Below, one piece after another: positions 58,816 to 64,000 of a DNA stretch of 64,000 nt (its first letter is position 1; every line of letters begins with the position of its first letter). The stretch comes from the human T2T-CHM13v2.0 reference genome, Homo sapiens. The DNA is taken from NCBI RefSeq assembly GCF_009914755.1, contig NC_060929.1. One strand, given 5' to 3'. Under the pieces are notes generated by a model. The model searched no databases. It had not been told where the DNA came from and saw only the letters and a list, made by a program, of their open reading frames with translations. A program made the position numbers and the translations under genes.

Positions 58816-61800
58816 GCATTTCTTTGGATTCAGCTGTTTCATAATACTGTTTGAGAAAGTGCTTTGTGTTGCGTGCAAAAAACACTGTTTTCTTCCATTC
58901 TGCCAATGGACATTTGGGAGCTCATTGAGGCCAATGGTGAAAAAGCGAGTATCCCAGGATAAATACTAGAAAGAAACTATCTGAGAAACTGCTTTTTGAA
59001 GTGCACATTCATGTCACAGTGTTAAACTTTTCTTTTCATTCACCAGTTTGGAAACACTGTTTTGGTTGAGTCTTTGAAGGGATATTTTGAAGTACATTGA
59101 GGCATATTGTGAAAAAGAAATATCCTCAGATAAAAACTAGAAAAAACTTTCTGAGAAACTGCTTTGTGATGCATGCATTCATCTCACACAGTTAAAGGTC
59201 TCTTTGGATTCAGCAGTGTAGAAACACTGTTTTTGTCCATTCTGCGAATGAACATTTCAAAGCTCATTGAGGCCACTGGTGAAAAGGGCTAGTCCAGGAT
59301 AAAAACCAGAAGGAGGCTATCTGTGAAACTGCTTTGTGTTGTATGCATTCATCTCCAGAGTTAAACTTTTCTTTTCGTTCAGCAGTTTGGGAACTTTTTT
59401 TTAGTAGAATCTGCAAAGGGATGTTTGGGAGTGCATTGAGGCTTATGTTGAAAAACAAAATATCTTCAGATAAAAACTAGAAAGAAGCTTTCTGTGAAAC
59501 TGCTTTACGATGCATCCATTCATCTCAAGAATTATAACTTTCTTTTGATTCAGCAGTTTGGAACCACTGTTTTTGTGAATTCTGCAAGTGGACATTTTGT
59601 AACTCATTGAGGCCAATGGTGAAAAAGCAAATATCCCACTATAAAAACAAGAAGGAAGCTATCTGAGGAACAGCTTTGTGATGTGTTCATTCAAGTAGCA
59701 GGGTTAAGCCTTTCTTTTCATTCAGCAACTTGGAAACACTGTTTTGGTAGAATCTGTTAAGGGATATTTTGGGGCACATTGAGGCCCATGGTGAAAAACA
59801 AAATAACTTCAGGTAAAAAATAGAAAGCTGCATTCTGGGAAACTGCTTTTTGATGTATGCATTCAACTCACAGAGTGAAACCTTTCTGTGGATTCAGCAT
59901 TTTGGAAACACTGTTTTTGTCCAGTCTGCGAATGGAAAATTGGGAACACATTGAGGCCAAAGGCAAAAAAGCGAATATCCTAGGAAAGAAATCTAGAAAC
60001 AAACTGTCTGAGAAACCATTTTGTGATGTGTGCATTCATTTCCTAAGTTTTAACCTGATTTTTCATTCAGCAGTTTGGAAACACTGTTTTTGTCCATTCT
60101 GGGAATGGACATTCCAGAGCTCATTGACGCCAATGGCAAAAAAATGAGTGCCTCAGCATAAATACTAGAAGGAAGCTTCTGATAAACTGCTTTGTGATGT
60201 ATGCATTCATCTCACAGAGTTAAACTTTTCTTTTCATTCAACAGTTTGGAAACATTGTTTTGGTAGAATCTGTGAAGGGATATTTGGGAAGGCAGTGCGG
60301 TCTATGGTAGAAAAAGAAATATCTTTCAATAAAATATAGAAATAAGTTTCTGACAAACTGCTTTGTGATGTGTGCTTTCATCCAACAGACTTCAACGTTT
60401 CTTTGGATTCAGCAGTTTGGAAACACCGTGTTTGTGTATTCTGCAAATGGACATTTGGGAGCTCATTGAGGCCAATGGTGAAAAAGGGAATATCCCATGA
60501 TAAAAACTAGAAGGAAGCTATCTGAGAAATGGCTTTGTGAAGTGAGGATTCATCTCCTAGATTTAAACCTTTCTTTTCATTCAGCAGTTTGGAAACACTG
60601 TTTTTGTAGTATCTGCAAAGGTATAATATGGAGCGCATTGAGGCCTATGGTGAAAAAGGAGACATCATCAGATAAAAACTAGAAAGAAGCTTTCTGAGAA
60701 ACTGCTTTGTGATGTGTGCATTCATCTCACAGAGTTAAACCTTCCTTTGGATTCAGAAGTTTGGAAGAAGGGTTTTTGTCCATTCTGTGAAAAGACATTT
60801 GGGAACTCTTTGAGACCAAGGGCAAATAAGTGAGTATCCCAGGATAAAAACTAGAAGGAAACTATCTGGGAATCCGCTTTGTGAAGTGCGCATTAATTCC
60901 CTAGCATTAAAGCATTCTTTTCATTCAGCAGTGTGGAATCACAGTTTTTGCAGTATCTGCGAAAGAATATTTGGGAGCATATTGAGGCCTTTGATGAAAT
61001 AGGAAACATCTTCAGATAAAAACTAGAAAGAAGCATTCTGAGAAACTGCATTGCAATGTGTGCATTCATCTCACAGAATTAAGTGTTCCTTTTTATTCAG
61101 CAGTGTGAAAACACTGTTTTTGTCCATTCTGCGAATGGGCATTAGAGAGCTCATTGAGGTGAATGGCAAAAAAGTGAATAACCCAGGATAAATAGTAGAA
61201 GGAAGCTGTATGAGAAACCGCGTTGTGATATGTGAATTCACCTCACAGTGATAAACTTTTCATTTCATTCAGCAATTTGGAAACACTGTTTTGGTAAAAT
61301 CCACGAATAGATATTTCGGAGCACACTGAGGCCCCTAGTGAAAAAGGAAGTATCTTCACATAAAAACCAGAAAGAAGCTTTCTAATAAACTACTTTGTGA
61401 TGTGTGCATTCATCTCACAGATTTAAATGATTCTTTGTATTCAACAGTTTGGAAACTCTCTGTTTGTTCATTCTGCGAAAGGACATTTAGGAGCTCACTG
61501 AAGCCAATGGCAAAAATTGGAGTATCCCAGGATAAAAACTAGAAGGAAGATATCTGAGGGACTGCTTTGTGATGTGTGCATTCATCTCCTAAAGTTAAAC
61601 CTTCCTTTTCAGTCAGCAGCTTGGAATCACTGTTTTTGTAGAGTCTGCAAAGGGATATTTTGGAGCGCATTGAGGCCTAAGGGGAAAAATGAAATATCTT
61701 CAAATAAAACCTAGAAAGGAGTACTCTGAGAAACCACTTTGTGATGTGTGCATTCATCTCACAGATTTGAACGATTCTTTGGATTCAGCAGTTTGGAAAC

Positions 61801-64000
61801 ACTGTTTTTGTGCATTCTATGGATGGACATTAGGGAGTTTATTGAGGCCAAGGGTGAAAAAAGGAATATCCCAGTATAAAGACTAGAAGAAAGCTATCTA
61901 AGAAAGCACTTTCTGATATATGTATTCATCTCTCACATTTAAACCTTTATTTTCATTCAGCAGTTTGGAAACACTGTTTTGGTAGAATCTGCAAAGGGAT
62001 CTTTGGGAGCCCATTAAGGACTATGGTGAAAAAGGAAATATCTTCAGATAAAAACTGGAAAAATTTTTCTGAGAAACTGCTTTGTTATGTTTGCATTCAA
62101 CTCACAGAGTTAAACCTTTTTTTGTATTCCTCTCTTTGGAAACACTGCTTTGTCCATTCTGCAAATGGACTTTTGGGAATTAATTTAGGCTCATAGCAAA
62201 AAATTGAATATCCCAGGATAAAAACTACAAGGAAGCTATCTGAAAAATCACTTTGTTATGTTTCCATTCATCTCCTAAACTTAAACCTTTCTTTTCATTC
62301 AGCAGTTTGAATACAGTATTTTGGTAGAATCTCCAAAGGGATATCTGGGAGTGCATTGAGTTCTATAGTAAAAAAGGAAACAACTTCAAAAAAAACTAGA
62401 AATAATGTTTCTGCAAAACTGCTTTGTGATAAGTGCATTCGTCTCACAGAGTTAAACATTTCATTGGATTCAGCAATTTGGAAACACTGTTTATATCCAT
62501 TCTGTGATTGGACATTTGGAAACTCATTGACACCAATGTCAAAAAAGTGAATATTCCAGGATAAAAACTAAAAGGAAGCTATCTGAGAAATCGCTTTTTG
62601 ATGTGGGCATTCATCTCCTAAAGTTAAGCGATTCTTTTCATTCAGCAATTTGGAGACACTATTTTGGTAGATTCTGCAAAGGGATATTTCAGAGGGTATT
62701 GTTGCCAATTGAGAAAAAGGAAATATCTTCAGTTAAAAAGTAGAAAGTATCTTTTTGAGAAACTCCTTTGTGATATGTGCACGCATCTCACAGAGTTAAA
62801 CCTTTCTTTGGATTCATCAGTTTGGAAACACTGTTATTGTCCAGTCTGCAAATGGACATTTGGGAACTCATTGAGGCCAATGAAAAAAAAATTGTCTATC
62901 CCAGGATAAAAACTAGAAGGAAGATATCGGAGAAAGTTCTTTGTGATGTGTGCATTCATCTCACAGAGTTAAACCTGCCTTTTCATTCAGCGGATTGGAA
63001 ACAGTGTTTTATTAGAATCTGTGAAGGGATATTTTGGAGTGTATTGAAGCCTATGGTGAAAATCAAAACATCTTCAGATGAAAATGAGAAAGAATTATGA
63101 GAAACTGCTTTATGATGTGTACATTCAACTCACAAAGTTAAAGCTTGCTTGGATTCAGCAGTTTGGAAACAATGCTTTTGTCCATTCTTTGAAAGGACAT
63201 TTGGGAGCTCTTAGAGGCCAATGGGGAAAAAGCGAATATCCCAGTATAAAAACTAAAAGGTAACTAATGCAGAAACCCCTTTGTGATGTGTGCATTCTTC
63301 TCCTAGTGGTAAACTTTAGTTTCATTCAGCAGTTTCAAGTCACTGTTTTTGCAGTATCTGCATAGGGAATCTTGGGAGGGCATTGAGGCCTTAGATGAAA
63401 TAGCAAATAACTTCAGATAAAAAAGTAGAAAGAATCCTTCCGAGAAACTGCTTTGTGATGCATACATTCATCTCACAGAGTTAAACATTTCTTTGGATTC
63501 AGAAGTTTGGAAACACTGTTTTTGTCCATTTTTGCAAATGGATATTGGGGATCTCATTGAGGCCAATGGCAAAAAGTGAATATCCCAGCATAAATACTAG
63601 AAGGAAACTCTCTGAGAAACCACATTGTGATGTGTGCATTCATCTCACAGAATTCAACCTTTCTTTTCATTCAGCATTTTGGAAACACTGTTTTGCTAGA
63701 ATCTGTGAAGAGATATTTGGGAGTGCTTTGAGACCTATGGTGTGAAAGGAAATATCTTCAGATAAATACCAGAGAGAATCTTTCTGAGAAACCACTTTGT
63801 GATGTGTGCATTCATCTCACAGAGTTAAACCATTCTTTGGATTCAGCAGTTTGGAAACACTGTTTTTGTCCATTCTGTGAATGGACATTTTGGAACTCTT
63901 TCAGGCAGATACTGAAAAAATGAATATCCCAGGATGAAAACTAGAAGGAAGCTATCAGAGATAGTGCTTTGTGATGTGTGCATTCTTCTCCTAGGGTTAA
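58816..64000 (+). repeat. Alpha satellite, block 4
   Basis: Dimeric units. Begins with a scrambled ~60-bp junction and runs off the right edge. Confidence 0.97.

Overview
This window is primate (human or hominoid-type) pericentromeric DNA. It holds no host gene, RNA gene or CRISPR array. About 77% is old, diverged alpha satellite of ~171-bp monomers. These mostly alternate as a ~340-bp A/B dimer and carry pJalpha-type boxes; I saw no CENP-B box. About 23% is six decayed LINE-1 copies of L1PA3- to L1PA5-like type: an internally deleted L1 (6158-8106) directly followed by a full-length L1 (8107-~14210), and four 5'-truncated copies (27.3, 31.7-35.9, 41.5 and 46.3-47.7 kb). The satellite changes orientation three times: across the 6.2-14.2 kb compound L1, across the 46.3-47.7 kb L1, and at a patchwork satellite-satellite junction near 58.8 kb. 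The last two junctions fit one ~11.2-kb inversion bridged by an L1 cDNA. All ORFs in the track are chance satellite ORFs or broken L1 ORF pieces. I find no new protein-coding system; the interest is in the rearrangement history. For satellite blocks, '+' means the strand reading GAGAAACTGCTTTGTGATGTGTGCATTCA. Subfamily calls rest on consensus diagnostics recalled from memory and need RepeatMasker/Dfam confirmation.
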